A DNA stretch of 61,945 bases, the filler included. It is 10 parts of 10 records of this genome, joined end to end, with 100 filler letters (N's around TTAATTAATTAA, not from the genome) between each part and the next. Parts side by side here need not be neighbours in the genome. Positions count along the whole stretch, not along the records: positions 20,335 to 25,408 come from SRR31156797_94328; positions 25,509 to 31,396 come from SRR31156797_94491; 8 more parts are not named here. The stretch is one strand, 5' to 3'. Below the pieces are notes generated by a model that was not told where the DNA came from, did no database searches, and saw only the letters and a list, made by a program, of their open reading frames with translations. This document shows, piece after piece, positions 20,235 to 30,600 of the stretch (position 1 is the stretch's first letter; every line of letters begins with the position of its first letter). The translations under genes and the position numbers were made by a program.

Positions 20235-20334
20235 NNNNNNNNNNNNNNNNNNNNNNNNNNNNNNNNNNNNNNNNNNNNTTAATTAATTAANNNNNNNNNN
20301 NNNNNNNNNNNNNNNNNNNNNNNNNNNNNNNNNN
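20235..20334. other. Artificial contig spacer
   Basis: N44-TTAATTAATTAA-N44. Confidence 0.98.
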
Positions 20335-21463
20335 GTGTTTGAAGGAAACCGTGGAAATATTGGTAGAGCGCGGCCTGATCACTTCGGGCGATACTCTGGC
20401 CGGAGTACTGCCTCAGATGACTGCGGGAATCCGGGCGGCCGGTATAAAAGATACCATGCTTCGCCAATTGTATGCCGCGATATACCAAGCCTTCCGGCGC
20501 CGGAGGTCGCTCCTTTTGCTGAACTTGGAAAAACAGGTTCAGATTGAGGAGCTGCCATGGATCGAGGAGATCGATTTTTTCAGAAAGGAAAGCCTGTCCA
20601 GCAGGGAGCTGTCCAGGCAGGCTTTGGACGAAATCGTTGCTTTAACCCTGACTTCGTTCCCGCAGGCCATTCTACCCAACAAGCTCCTACAGGAAATAAG
20701 GGCGCTTCTGACCGGCGCCGGCCTTAATATTCCAATCGTGGACGAGCTGGCCGCTGATATTTTTATGGGGGAATTTTCAGGCAAATTCATGGAATCGGCC
20801 AAGACAGCGTCCGATCTCTTGATCGGATCGCTCTATGCGGTTTATTACGATATTGATTATGGGGAAGTTAGAAAATCCCCGATGAAAAAGGAGACAAGGC
20901 AGAGCTTTTGGTTCCGGCGTACCGCAAGAGATATTCCTGATAAATTCGCGCGGCTGTGCGCATCGCGCGCCGGAGTTTCATTGGGAACCTGGAACCCTGC
21001 CGTTAATGGGATGATAATAGAACAGCAGCAGATATTGACAACTCAAAACCTGGCCGCACTTTTCACGGGGTTGGATCTGCGCCATAAACTGGGAGATCAG
21101 CTTGAAGACATGGCCAGGCAGTGTTTTGTGTGGATTTGCAGGCGCCATCAGATGAAAGTGGATGCATGGCACGCCCACCTGATCCGCCTGAAGAATTCGG
21201 CCTATGCCTGGAGGCAGATGGTTTTTTATCTGGCCTTGCTTCCCGAAAAGGATGTTTTGAATTTTATTGTTTGGGCGGATGAAAAAATAAATGAGCAGCC
21301 GGTAGAGTTCGGCGCCAGATTTCGCCCTGCATTAAAGGGATTGAAGCTTGCCTCGGAAGGCGTTTCACCTGAAAGCAAAGCAGCAGCAGGATCAGGCGCA
21401 CGTTGTTTCCTGGGCTGGTCCAAAACAAAACACTGGCTGTTAACGGATCGCCGGGATCAATGA
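20335..21463 (+). CDS. Hypothetical protein, C-terminal part (5' truncated)
   Basis: Long open frame from the contig edge with motif-like blocks (SLLLLNLEKQVQIEELPW, ELAADIFMGEFS, IEQQQILTTQNLA, AYAWRQMVFYL). Confidence 0.75.
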
Positions 21464-21488
21464 ACAGTCAGAATAACAAGGAGTATTA

Positions 21489-22610
21489 TTGTTTCCAAAT
21501 ATATTTAGTCCGATAACCATCAACAAAGTCGAAATTCCCAACAGAATTGTTTTTCCGGCTTTTCAGGTTAACTATGCCGATACTGACGGTACTGTATCGG
21601 AAAAGTTGTTGGATTTTTATACTTCAATCGCCGCGGGCGGATGCGGCCTGGTGATGACGGGCGCCGCAGTTGTATCGGAGGATTCCGTCGCCTTTGACAG
21701 GGTAATGAGAATTGACAATGATAACTGTGTTGCCGGTCTCCGGACTCTTTTCAGCGAGATGGAAAATCGCGGGACGGCGTCGGGAATACAATTGATTCAT
21801 TACGGGCGGCAGGCGTTAAATATGGTAACCGGCCGGGACCTGATAGCCCCCAGCGCCATACCGTGCCCGGTTATGTCAAAATTCGATCCGCACTATAGGG
21901 TCAGGGAAATGACCGTCAGTGATATTGAACGGGTTCGAAACGATTTTATTGCCGCTGCCATTCGCGCTGTGGAGGCGGGAGCCAGGGTGATTGAAGTTCA
22001 TGCCGCTCACGGATATCTGCTAAACGAGTTCCTGTCTCCGTATTCAAACCACAGGAATGATTTGTATGGCGGCGGCGTTGAGAACCGAGCCAGGTTAATC
22101 ATTGAGATTTTAGAAGGGATACGACGCGAAACAGGCGACATGATTGCCGTCAGCCTGCGGGTCAGTGGAAATGAGTTTGTGCAGGGAGGACTTACCGAGA
22201 CCGATTTCAAGGAAATCATACCTATGTTTGAGCGGGCCGGTATGGACCTGCTAAATGTATCCGCCGGCGTTTATGAAAGCATGGACAGGATTGTTCCTCC
22301 TGCCTCCCTTGGCGAGGCCCCGCATGTTGATATAGCCGCTCAACTCAAGCAATATGCAACCGTGCCGGTCTGCGCTGTCGGATCGGTGTTTTCCCTGGAA
22401 AAAGCCGAATCCATACTTGCCTCGGGATTTGCCGACCTGGTCGCAATGGGACGGGCGCAGGTCGCCGACCCGGAAATAGTAATTAAATCAAAACAAGGAA
22501 GAACTTCCGAAATCAATAATTGCTCTTTCTGCAACCAATGCACTTTCTGGGTCACTGGCGACAGTCAGATGCACTGCTGCGTCAACCCAAAGCTGAAAAA
22601 GGCCGATTAA
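21489..22610 (+). CDS. NADH:flavin oxidoreductase (Old Yellow Enzyme family) with C-terminal Fe-S motif
   Basis: IQLIHYGR, EVHAAHGYLLNEFLSPYSNHRNDLYGG, MGRAQVADP, CSFCNQC...C; AAGGAG RBS with TTG start. Confidence 0.9.
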   Translation: MFPNIFSPITINKVEIPNRIVFPAFQVNYADTDGTVSEKLLDFYTSIAAGGCGLVMTGAAVVSEDSVAFDRVMRIDNDNCVAGLRTLFSEMENRGTASGIQLIHYGRQALNMVTGRDLIAPSAIPCPVMSKFDPHYRVREMTVSDIERVRNDFIAAAIRAVEAGARVIEVHAAHGYLLNEFLSPYSNHRNDLYGGGVENRARLIIEILEGIRRETGDMIAVSLRVSGNEFVQGGLTETDFKEIIPMFERAGMDLLNVSAGVYESMDRIVPPASLGEAPHVDIAAQLKQYATVPVCAVGSVFSLEKAESILASGFADLVAMGRAQVADPEIVIKSKQGRTSEINNCSFCNQCTFWVTGDSQMHCCVNPKLKKAD

Positions 22611-22611
22611 T

Positions 22612-24633
22612 TTGAGTTATCCAACCGAACTCATAAGAAAGATTTCTGAAATTGACGTTTTTCTGCCTCCACGGGACTATATTGGTTTAGTGTTGGAACT
22701 AACTTGTGATTATTTCGGTTATATATTCGGATCTGTTATTGAGATCGACAAAAACGGAAATGCCAAAATGGCTTGCGCCTATAATCTCCCTAAAGATTAT
22801 CCGGAACAAATCATGAAAGCCGGCGCCCCTATTCTTTCAAGTCCGTCCGGAGAAGCAATCAGATCCCGCAAGGTGGTGATTGTCAAAAATGCCCTGTCAG
22901 AACCGCGGTTAGAACCCTGGTACGGCATAATTCGGAAAAACAAAATAAATACCATTATATGGGTTCCTCTTATAAACAAAGACCGGGCGTTTGGAACCTT
23001 TATTTTTTATGATACAAAAGCAAGAGACATAACGGATCAGGAAATCGCGGCATTCAGGCAGATCGCCGTTATTATAGCCTTTTCAATCGTCAACAATGAA
23101 TATATTGACCAGATGAATTATCAACAAGAGATGCTTGAACTCGAAATTGATGAACATAGAAAATCAAAAGAAGCCTTGAGGGTTTCAGAGGAAAAATACC
23201 GCACCCTGGTCAATGAAATCCGGGACGGCTTTTTTGTAATCGACGCGGAAGGAGCAGTGACTTTTGCCAACCAGGCCATGGCGGATATATTTGGCTATGA
23301 AAAACCAGAAAGCGTGATAGGCAAACCCGTTACCGATTTTGTCAAACCCGGACATCTTCCCGATGAGCCGAAGCGATCTTCAATAGCCCATATATATGGC
23401 GATTACTCGGAAATCCATGAAATCCCATGTCTGAAGCCTGACGGAGAAGAAGTCGCCATTCAGTTAAAACATTCTCCGATAATAGAAAAAGGACATATTA
23501 TCGGAACAAGAGGCGTCATTCGAGACATTACAAAACAAAAAAAAGCAATGGAAGCCTTAAAGGAAGGTGAAGAGCATTTGGAGTCGCTGATGGCGGCGGC
23601 GTCCGGATTTGCCATTTATCGTCTGGTCCAGGATGATGCCAATCCGCATCTGCTAAAGGTTGTTTATGTAAGTCCGTCGATTTACGAGCTGATGGACGTT
23701 TCAGATAAAATGGATTTTTCAACCTGGTTTGAAAAAATTCATCCCGATGATGCGAAAAGGGTTGCCGAGGCTAACAGAAAAGCTTTTGAAACCCACGAAT
23801 TTAACGAAATCGCGAGGATATTACATACCGGGAAAGGTGAATGGCGCTGGATTCATGCGATTTCCAATGATGTGATCGGCGTTGACGGGCTTACTTATGT
23901 TAATGGGATCATCATTGACATAACCGATAAGAAAGCCGCGGAAACCGACCTGCTTAAATACCAGAAAAGACTGCGGCGAATGGGAAGTGAATTGATATTG
24001 GCGGAAGAGCGGGAACGCCGGCAAATAGCCATCGAACTTCATGATCACCTGGGACAGACGCTGGCCATCACCAAGCTTAGAATCAAGTCGTATCTGCAGT
24101 CCTGCCGACATGAAGAATCCAATAGATTTTTAAGCGATATCGCTTCACTGCTTGACCAGATGATTGTTGACACACGCCACCTTACCACACAACTCAGCCC
24201 GCCTATATTGTATGAATTGGGCCTTGCGCCCGCTCTTGAATGGCTATGCGAGGAGTTCCGCGCCAAATACGGTCTGGATGCAAAACTTGTAAAAAAATAT
24301 GCTGACTCAATTCTGTCCATTGATTATCGTCTGACCATTTTCAGCATTATCCGGGAGCTTCTCCTTAATGTGGTCAAACATGCTCAAACCGACGCCTGTG
24401 GAGTATCTATTACGAAAGACAAGGAGATTCTTCATATTTACGTTCAAGATGACGGCATCGGTTTTGATCCGGATATCATTAATGAAATATCTATTTCAAA
24501 TGCCAGCTTCGGCCTGTTCAGCATTCGTGAAAGGTTGTTGTCAATAGGCGGTCGTTTAATAATTAATTCAGATATTGGAAATTGGACATGCGTCACTGTG
24601 ACGGCCCCGCTCGTTTATGAGCAAGAAGAGTGA
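22612..24633 (+). CDS. Cytoplasmic sensor histidine kinase, GAF-PAS-PAS-HisKA_3-HATPase
   Basis: GAF (WVPLINKDRAFGTF), PAS (RDIT, IHPDD, IDIT), EERERRQIAIELHDHLGQ, RELLLNVVKHA, DDGIGF, FGLFSIRER. Confidence 0.9.
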   Translation: MSYPTELIRKISEIDVFLPPRDYIGLVLELTCDYFGYIFGSVIEIDKNGNAKMACAYNLPKDYPEQIMKAGAPILSSPSGEAIRSRKVVIVKNALSEPRLEPWYGIIRKNKINTIIWVPLINKDRAFGTFIFYDTKARDITDQEIAAFRQIAVIIAFSIVNNEYIDQMNYQQEMLELEIDEHRKSKEALRVSEEKYRTLVNEIRDGFFVIDAEGAVTFANQAMADIFGYEKPESVIGKPVTDFVKPGHLPDEPKRSSIAHIYGDYSEIHEIPCLKPDGEEVAIQLKHSPIIEKGHIIGTRGVIRDITKQKKAMEALKEGEEHLESLMAAASGFAIYRLVQDDANPHLLKVVYVSPSIYELMDVSDKMDFSTWFEKIHPDDAKRVAEANRKAFETHEFNEIARILHTGKGEWRWIHAISNDVIGVDGLTYVNGIIIDITDKKAAETDLLKYQKRLRRMGSELILAEERERRQIAIELHDHLGQTLAITKLRIKSYLQSCRHEESNRFLSDIASLLDQMIVDTRHLTTQLSPPILYELGLAPALEWLCEEFRAKYGLDAKLVKKYADSILSIDYRLTIFSIIRELLLNVVKHAQTDACGVSITKDKEILHIYVQDDGIGFDPDIINEISISNASFGLFSIRERLLSIGGRLIINSDIGNWTCVTVTAPLVYEQEE

Positions 24634-24683
24634 CCTGCGGGCGCATTTCATTAATTAACCTATTATTTTTATAGGGAGATTCC

Positions 24684-25319
24684 ATGGACAGGTACACCGA
24701 ACCCCATTTTGACGCATCAGCTTTGATAACCGTTGATACTCAAGTGGATTTTTTGGATAACGGCCCTTTTCCCGTTGCCGGGACCACGGCGGTGCTGCCG
24801 GCCATGGTTGAGCTTTTGGAGTTATACAGGAAAAATGCCTGGCCGATTGTGCATATTGTCCGGTTATACCTTGAAGACGGTTCGAATGTTGATTTGTGCC
24901 GTCGGGCCATGGTGGAAGACGGCTGTCGTCTGGCCGTTCCCGGGTCGGCCGGGAGTCAGCTGGCGAATGAGTTGCTCCCTAAGGAGGGTATTGCACTGGT
25001 TGCGGATTTGCTTCTTTCAGGAGGCGTTCAGGAAATAGGACCCAATGAGGCGATTATCTACAAGTCCAGGTTCGGGGCCTTTTACAAGACGCCGCTGGAA
25101 GAGCATTTACGAAGCAAAAGTGTGGATACAGTTGTTTTTTGCGGGTGCAATTATCCCAATTGTCCCCGGGCCTCGATTTTTGACGCCAGCGCCAGGGATT
25201 TTCGGATTGTTTTGGTTACGGACGCCATGAGCGGACTATATGAAAAAGGCGTTAACGAAATGAGCAGTATCGGGGTTGTGGTTATGACGGTAGAAGAAGT
25301 GAAGAGGATGGGGAGATAG
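24684..25319 (+). CDS. Isochorismatase-family cysteine hydrolase
   Basis: ALITVDTQVDF, KSRFGAFYKT.L, GCNYPNCPRAS. Confidence 0.9.
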   Translation: MDRYTEPHFDASALITVDTQVDFLDNGPFPVAGTTAVLPAMVELLELYRKNAWPIVHIVRLYLEDGSNVDLCRRAMVEDGCRLAVPGSAGSQLANELLPKEGIALVADLLLSGGVQEIGPNEAIIYKSRFGAFYKTPLEEHLRSKSVDTVVFCGCNYPNCPRASIFDASARDFRIVLVTDAMSGLYEKGVNEMSSIGVVVMTVEEVKRMGR

Positions 25320-25408
25320 TATTCAAGGGCGCCGGAAATGCGGGGTTGTTCCACCTAATAAACGCAAACTTTTTTCTCATTGTCAAATGATCAACAATAA
25401 TGAAAATT

Positions 25409-25508
25409 NNNNNNNNNNNNNNNNNNNNNNNNNNNNNNNNNNNNNNNNNNNNTTAATTAATTAANNNNNNNNNNNNNNNNNNNNNNNNNNNNNNNNNNNN
25501 NNNNNNNN
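25409..25508. other. Artificial contig spacer
   Basis: N44-TTAATTAATTAA-N44. Confidence 0.98.
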
Positions 25509-25625
25509 GCCCGGCGCAATTAGGGGGAATTTATTTCACCTCCGTTCCTTACGTGAATTTTATAATTTCCCATTTCTAAAAATAGAGAAGTAGGCAACCC
25601 CGTTTGAATAAGGGTATGAATTGCA

Positions 25626-25660
25626 AGTGAATGCAGGACAAATGTGATCCTGCATTCACT
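25626..25660 (-). terminator. Hairpin downstream of the phytase-like gene
   Basis: AGTGAATGCAGGA...TCCTGCATTCACT 13-bp perfect stem. Confidence 0.65.
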
Positions 25661-25742
25661 CGATAGGTTATCTCTTTTTACAAATCACAATCATCGAAAT
25701 CATCGTTTTGTTTAACACCGCCGTTGAAGATTTCGGATGGTG

Positions 25743-27986
25743 CTACCTGACCCTCATGAACAGCGTTTCTCCTGGGGCATCGTCAATACCGTCGTTGTCG
25801 GTGACGATGTATACTTTCCCATCCGCTGCAACTGCGAGTCCTTCGAGTTTCTCCGCGGTCCATATGCTGGCCGCTTCGAGGTCGGGAAGAAGGTTCCTCA
25901 AAAACTCTTTTTCAATAAGGACGAGTCCAGCCGGATCGTCAAAAGATCTGAATTCGGCAGACGCCAGATCGACACTGAAAACAGCCTTCAGTTCGGCATT
26001 GAGACCGGTCGTCGGCCCCCAGCCCTTATCACGCTCGATGACTGCGAATTTTCCACTCGGTAGAAGGGACAGTTCGGAGAGACCGATCCATCCGCCATTG
26101 CCCTCATTTTCGAGCGGGTAGTGAACGAAGCTCCACTCATTTTTAGCGAAGTCGTATTTGCCAATCTTGGTGTCCTCCTTGTCAGCATCACCAGCATCCG
26201 GCCAGGCCCTCTGGATGGCTACATACACAACCTCAGCACCTGCATCTCCGGTCACAGCAATACCTTCAATGCCATTCTTACGCGCATTGGCCTCCAGTCC
26301 GACCGGTAGTGGGATCTCGCTAATGACTGCGCCAGTTGCGGAGTCGACATTGAGGACAAGGTTGGGCCGCGAATCCGCGTTACCCTCGCTCCCCAACCAG
26401 AAGCTACCATCAGGGCCCACGGCAATGCCTTCAAGGTCGAGGGATACGCTGGCACCAGTGACCTGTAAACGTTGGACGATTTTCGCAGGCTTTGTGGATA
26501 CATCGATGGTGTAGATGAAACCTTCGGCGAGAAACGAGTCGCTTACGGCGTATAGCGTGTCGGCCTCTTCCGGATCACCGACAAGGCCGGAGAGGGCCAC
26601 CCACGGAATTGGATTTCCGTAAGCATCGTCAACAGAAGCAATCATCGGGTAGGAAGCCGAACTCTTTCCCAAACGATAGATATTAATCATTGTTGGGATG
26701 CCGGCATCGGCTTCATCTTTTTCGGTGGAAGCAACGAAAAGATTCTTTTTTGGAATAGCTTTCAACCCTTCAGGCCCAATACCAGTGGGCAAAACCTGCA
26801 AAGGTTCAGGATTTCCTTTGGTGACGTCATATACACCAACAGCGTTGCAGCGCTCAGAGCCAACAAAAAGAAGTGTTCGGCGGTTTTTGCCTTTACCGTA
26901 CACGCCCACTTCTACCGTTTCGGGTTCACACCCTTTGTTCTCAGAACGGCCTTCATTGTAATGCCCCATTGAAGCCAACCAATGTTCGAAGGATTCAGCC
27001 GAGTCGTATTCGACGTCTCCTTTTTGGTTGAAGATGGTAAAACCGCGGCTTCCGCCCTCTTCTCCAAATTCATCTTCATAATCGCCTTCATTGGCGGTAG
27101 CAAAAGAATCGTTGTCTATCCAGGCCACTGCATCGGGTTCGGCGCGTTTGACGATTGAAGAGTTAAAAGTGATCAAGTCGTCCTCTACTGTATCGACATC
27201 ATTTAATTCAACAATACCCGCGGAAAATTGGCTTTTGGTTTTACCATTGAGAAGATTAACGATGGCGAGATGGTTATTTTCCTGGAATGAGACCACAGCT
27301 TCGTTCTGTTTGTTGATGTCGACATATTCGGTCTCAAGGTCCTCACCAACAAATGCATCTGCGATAACCGGAGACAGGTCAGCCTCGGTTATTTTCCATT
27401 TTTTAGCTGGCCCACGAAGATCAACGATGAGCAGCGTACCGGAGGGAGACTGAGGGATCAGCCCATCATTTAAGTCCTCATCCCGTTCATTTTCTATTGC
27501 GATTGCAGCACGTTTTAGGTTTGGGGCCAGGGCTATCGAGTCTGGCTGACCGCCCAAATCATGCTCAGCTATAATCTTGCGCGTCCAAAGATTCACGACG
27601 ACGAGTTTGCCAGAAGGATTAACAAAGTCTTCGGAAGTATTTACAGCTACCAAAACTTGCCACCCACGGATGACAAGGCTGGTGGGCTCTCCACCCACAT
27701 CGACCGTACCCAACCCTTTCGGTTTGGACGGGTTGGAGATGTCGACAAAACCGATGGCTTCATTATCGCTGTCGGTGTATACCAGTTTTTTTCCGTTGAA
27801 TGTAACATCAACGATTTCGGCCACTCCCGAACCATTTCCATCGATCACATCAAATGTCCCAACATGGTGAAACAAGTCTTTGTTTTTTTTGCAATACATG
27901 GGCTTATCGCCCTTGGCAAAAGTTAAAGATGGGATCAAAGCCAGGGCAAGTATGAGGCCCATCGTTGCGACTGCGCGGTTTTTCAT
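25743..27986 (-). CDS. Secreted beta-propeller / phytase-like esterase protein (alkaline-phosphatase-associated type)
   Basis: Signal peptide MKNRAVATMGLILALALIPSLTFA after an AGGAGG RBS; GEPTS, GQPDS, ENERDE, ANEGD; C-terminal LSGL, DLEGIA, KLEGLA, TDNDG. Confidence 0.75.
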   Translation of the reverse strand: MKNRAVATMGLILALALIPSLTFAKGDKPMYCKKNKDLFHHVGTFDVIDGNGSGVAEIVDVTFNGKKLVYTDSDNEAIGFVDISNPSKPKGLGTVDVGGEPTSLVIRGWQVLVAVNTSEDFVNPSGKLVVVNLWTRKIIAEHDLGGQPDSIALAPNLKRAAIAIENERDEDLNDGLIPQSPSGTLLIVDLRGPAKKWKITEADLSPVIADAFVGEDLETEYVDINKQNEAVVSFQENNHLAIVNLLNGKTKSQFSAGIVELNDVDTVEDDLITFNSSIVKRAEPDAVAWIDNDSFATANEGDYEDEFGEEGGSRGFTIFNQKGDVEYDSAESFEHWLASMGHYNEGRSENKGCEPETVEVGVYGKGKNRRTLLFVGSERCNAVGVYDVTKGNPEPLQVLPTGIGPEGLKAIPKKNLFVASTEKDEADAGIPTMINIYRLGKSSASYPMIASVDDAYGNPIPWVALSGLVGDPEEADTLYAVSDSFLAEGFIYTIDVSTKPAKIVQRLQVTGASVSLDLEGIAVGPDGSFWLGSEGNADSRPNLVLNVDSATGAVISEIPLPVGLEANARKNGIEGIAVTGDAGAEVVYVAIQRAWPDAGDADKEDTKIGKYDFAKNEWSFVHYPLENEGNGGWIGLSELSLLPSGKFAVIERDKGWGPTTGLNAELKAVFSVDLASAEFRSFDDPAGLVLIEKEFLRNLLPDLEAASIWTAEKLEGLAVAADGKVYIVTDNDGIDDAPGETLFMRVR

Positions 27987-28595
27987 TTTTTCCTCCTTTT
28001 TCAGTCTGATTGTTAATAAAGCCCGAACCAAGCGAAAATTTACCTGAAGCTGGCTTTCTGGTTCCCATGGGTTAGCAAAGTACCTAAACGATATAAAACT
28101 GAACTGCATTTGCACTGTGCAGGTTATCTTGTGTGCAGCTTTAATTTTGAGGACACCTTCAAAATGATAGCGTAATCTCTATCAGTATATAAATAGTATT
28201 AGAAATTGATGAGGAATATGTCGAAATATTGGAGTTTTAATTCAAGGATTGAAGCAAATAGCAGATATTGGGATAAGGCAGAGGTTAAAACGGTAAACGT
28301 TGAGTTTTCAGCAAGCTTAAACCAGCGTTGCATATGCCGGAGGGGCTAAAAAAAGAGAAGAAGCTCGTTTCATCCTTATAGCAACCTGGTCCGGCAAGAA
28401 TCCCTATATAGTTATCTCATTAATTTCTAACTTTACAACCTTGGGTCGTTTTGTATATAAAGCACTATCTTTATCCAGAATTTCAGAAAATAAAAAAATG
28501 CTTTTCATCGGTTTTCATACGTCCTTTATGGCGACCATCTAGCTGATCCGATTCCCATTGATTCTCAGAAAAATAAATTATTTAAGGGTTATTAG

Positions 28596-28769
28596 ATGAA
28601 ATTTCAAAATGTTGAAGAGATACAAGCCCTTTTGGATAAAACTACGTCGATGAAAGATCGTATGGAGGCCACCCTGCTCCTTTTAAACAGTAAAGTGTCA
28701 GACTTCAAAAAGCTGGAAAGGCAACTAAGGAATTATAATGAAACTATCCAAAATGAAATAGATCAATAG
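28596..28769 (+). CDS. Possible small coiled-coil protein (57 aa)
   Basis: MKFQNVEEIQALLDKTTSMKDRMEATLLLLNSKVSDFKKLERQLRNYNETIQNEIDQ*; below the ORF-track cutoff. Confidence 0.35.
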   Translation: MKFQNVEEIQALLDKTTSMKDRMEATLLLLNSKVSDFKKLERQLRNYNETIQNEIDQ

Positions 28770-28838
28770 GAATATATTTTGGCGGGAACGAAACAGGTTC
28801 GGTGTCCTGTGACACGCATACGAGGATTTCGTTTATTG

Positions 28839-29140
28839 TTATGTAATAGGTGCTACCCCATTCAGATTCCTCACCTCAAGTCTCTGCCTTTCGCTTATAT
28901 CCCGAACCACGCCGTGAGTGCCAACAAACATTTGCCCACCTTTTCTACTGCTTTTTTCGTAAATACCAGTCGATTTTAATTCAACAGTGATCGTCCGCGT
29001 TCTCTCTTTACTATTCCTTAGATTTTCAGCCGTGACCCAATGAAGCTCGATTCCTGCGGAAGAACGATGCCTTGATCTACGTTCAGTAAAAAACCATTTG
29101 GCTCTTATAAGGTCTTCCTTGAAAATAATTTCACTGCAGT
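28839..29140 (-). pseudogene. Remnant of a PAS-domain sensor gene
   Basis: FTERRS..GIEL...VELKSTGIY...FVGTHGVVRDISERQRLE is a PAS/PAC end; no start and no downstream domain. Confidence 0.6.
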
Positions 29141-29142
29141 GG

Positions 29143-29820
29143 CTACCAATCCAGAATCTGAGAAAGAGAACGCTGTGCAAGCCAGTTTTCCAGTTTCTTT
29201 TCAAGCTTGATCAGTGATATGGTTTTCCCGGGTTCTTTTTCCTTGAGCTTGGCCTGTACTTCCTTTCTTTTTTTGCCAAAAAACAATGGTAGCCCAGCGA
29301 TACAAATTGTGTGAATTGCCTTCCGCGCAGATTATCCGGCTACCAAGTGCGCGGTCGTGCTACGTCGAGCCTTCCCTTTTGCACGGCAAATAGTTCTTCA
29401 ATTTTTTCACGCAACCGATAGTTTTCAAGTGCTGTAAATGTGTCCACAGTTTGGTTGCTGACAAGGGTGAAATAGCCAAAGTACTTCTTTGCCTCAATAA
29501 TGGCCTTATCGTTGAATCCAATCTTCAGCTGCCCCCCACGCCCCCTTCTGGAACTTGTCAGATGCTTGTCTATTTTCTTTGGCGCTGATTCCGCAAACTC
29601 GGTTTTGCCTCCTTCTATTTGCGTCTTCAGCTCAAACAGGTCCCTACGGAAGGCGAGTTTTTTCTTGGCTTCATTGTCGGGGGAATAGTAGATATGCACA
29701 TACAGACGGCGAGAGAACGTTTCTTTTTCACCGGCGACCTTGCCGTTGCGTGACCGCTGACGTGCCCGACTAAACTGGTGCGTTATTAGCGAAGTTGCTC
29801 CACAGGTTGACGGGTCATAA
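29143..29820 (-). mobile_element. Degenerate IS1634-like transposase fragment
   Basis: RRLYVHIYY, KYFGYFTLVSN, ALENYRLREKIEELF, then in-frame TAG at 29340, PDNLRGRQFTQFVSLGY, a frameshift in an A-run near 29270, and SLSQILDW*. Confidence 0.7.
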
Positions 29821-30007
29821 TGTTCCGCTAACATGGGATCTTTATAGATATTGAAAATTTGATGCTGGAACTGAAATAGTTTGCGAGCGAAATGAAGATC
29901 GGTCCAAACCATACTTGGTAAGTCTTCTGGCCGCTTGCTGCGGGTCGTTTTCAATAAATAGATGCGACGGATTAAATAAACGTTACTCGGGAAAGGATTG
30001 CAGGAAA

Positions 30008-30496
30008 ATGAGAAAGCAGAATTGGACCCGACACATGGGCAAAGGAAATTGGATCAAAATGGTTGTTGTGGCCGGCATTGCCCTTGTCCTGGTGAAGGTG
30101 TTCTCCCCAAATTCCCAGCCACCAGCTGATCAACCAGCCACGCCGGAAGACTGCCTCGCGTCTGTCTATGCGGATGAGAAAAACCTCCGTATTCTGAAAG
30201 GATCCCGCAGCCAGGCCAATATCCTGCGCGATCTGGCCCCCTTTATCTGTGGTGGCCGGATGGTTTATGAGCGCCTGAAGAGCGAAGGAGTATCCATTGA
30301 CCCCGGAACGGTGACCCTTCGGGTGGTGGTGGAGTTCAACGGTGAGGTCGTTTCTGCCGAGATCCAAGAGACAAGCATGAACTCCAGTGCATTTTTGAAT
30401 GAACTGACGGGTCTGATTTCCGTAAGTGACTTCAGCTTCTGGAACAGGGAAGACGAGGACTCGGTCTTTACCTATACCGCCAATTTCGGAGGCTGA
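30008..30496 (+). CDS. Membrane-anchored protein with TonB-C/AgmX-PglI-like C-terminal domain
   Basis: N-terminal TM; YERLK....GTVTLRVVVEFNGEVVSAEIQETSM; start uncertain. Confidence 0.55.
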   Translation: MRKQNWTRHMGKGNWIKMVVVAGIALVLVKVFSPNSQPPADQPATPEDCLASVYADEKNLRILKGSRSQANILRDLAPFICGGRMVYERLKSEGVSIDPGTVTLRVVVEFNGEVVSAEIQETSMNSSAFLNELTGLISVSDFSFWNREDEDSVFTYTANFGG

Positions 30497-30600
30497 ACAG
30501 CATCGCTACCAAACGGTTTCATGATCGAGCAAAAAGAGAAAATGGAAAGGCGCCGAAAAACGCCTCCCCATTGCTTCTGTACACATAGCGAATCAATTGA

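Noticed and set aside
28190-28236. Pho boxes upstream of the phytase-like gene
   Set aside because: Only a weak 10-11 nt periodicity with poor consensus; cannot be supported by eye.
29340-29342. TAG read-through (pyrrolysine) in the transposase
   Set aside because: A nearby frameshift and truncations indicate ordinary pseudogene decay.
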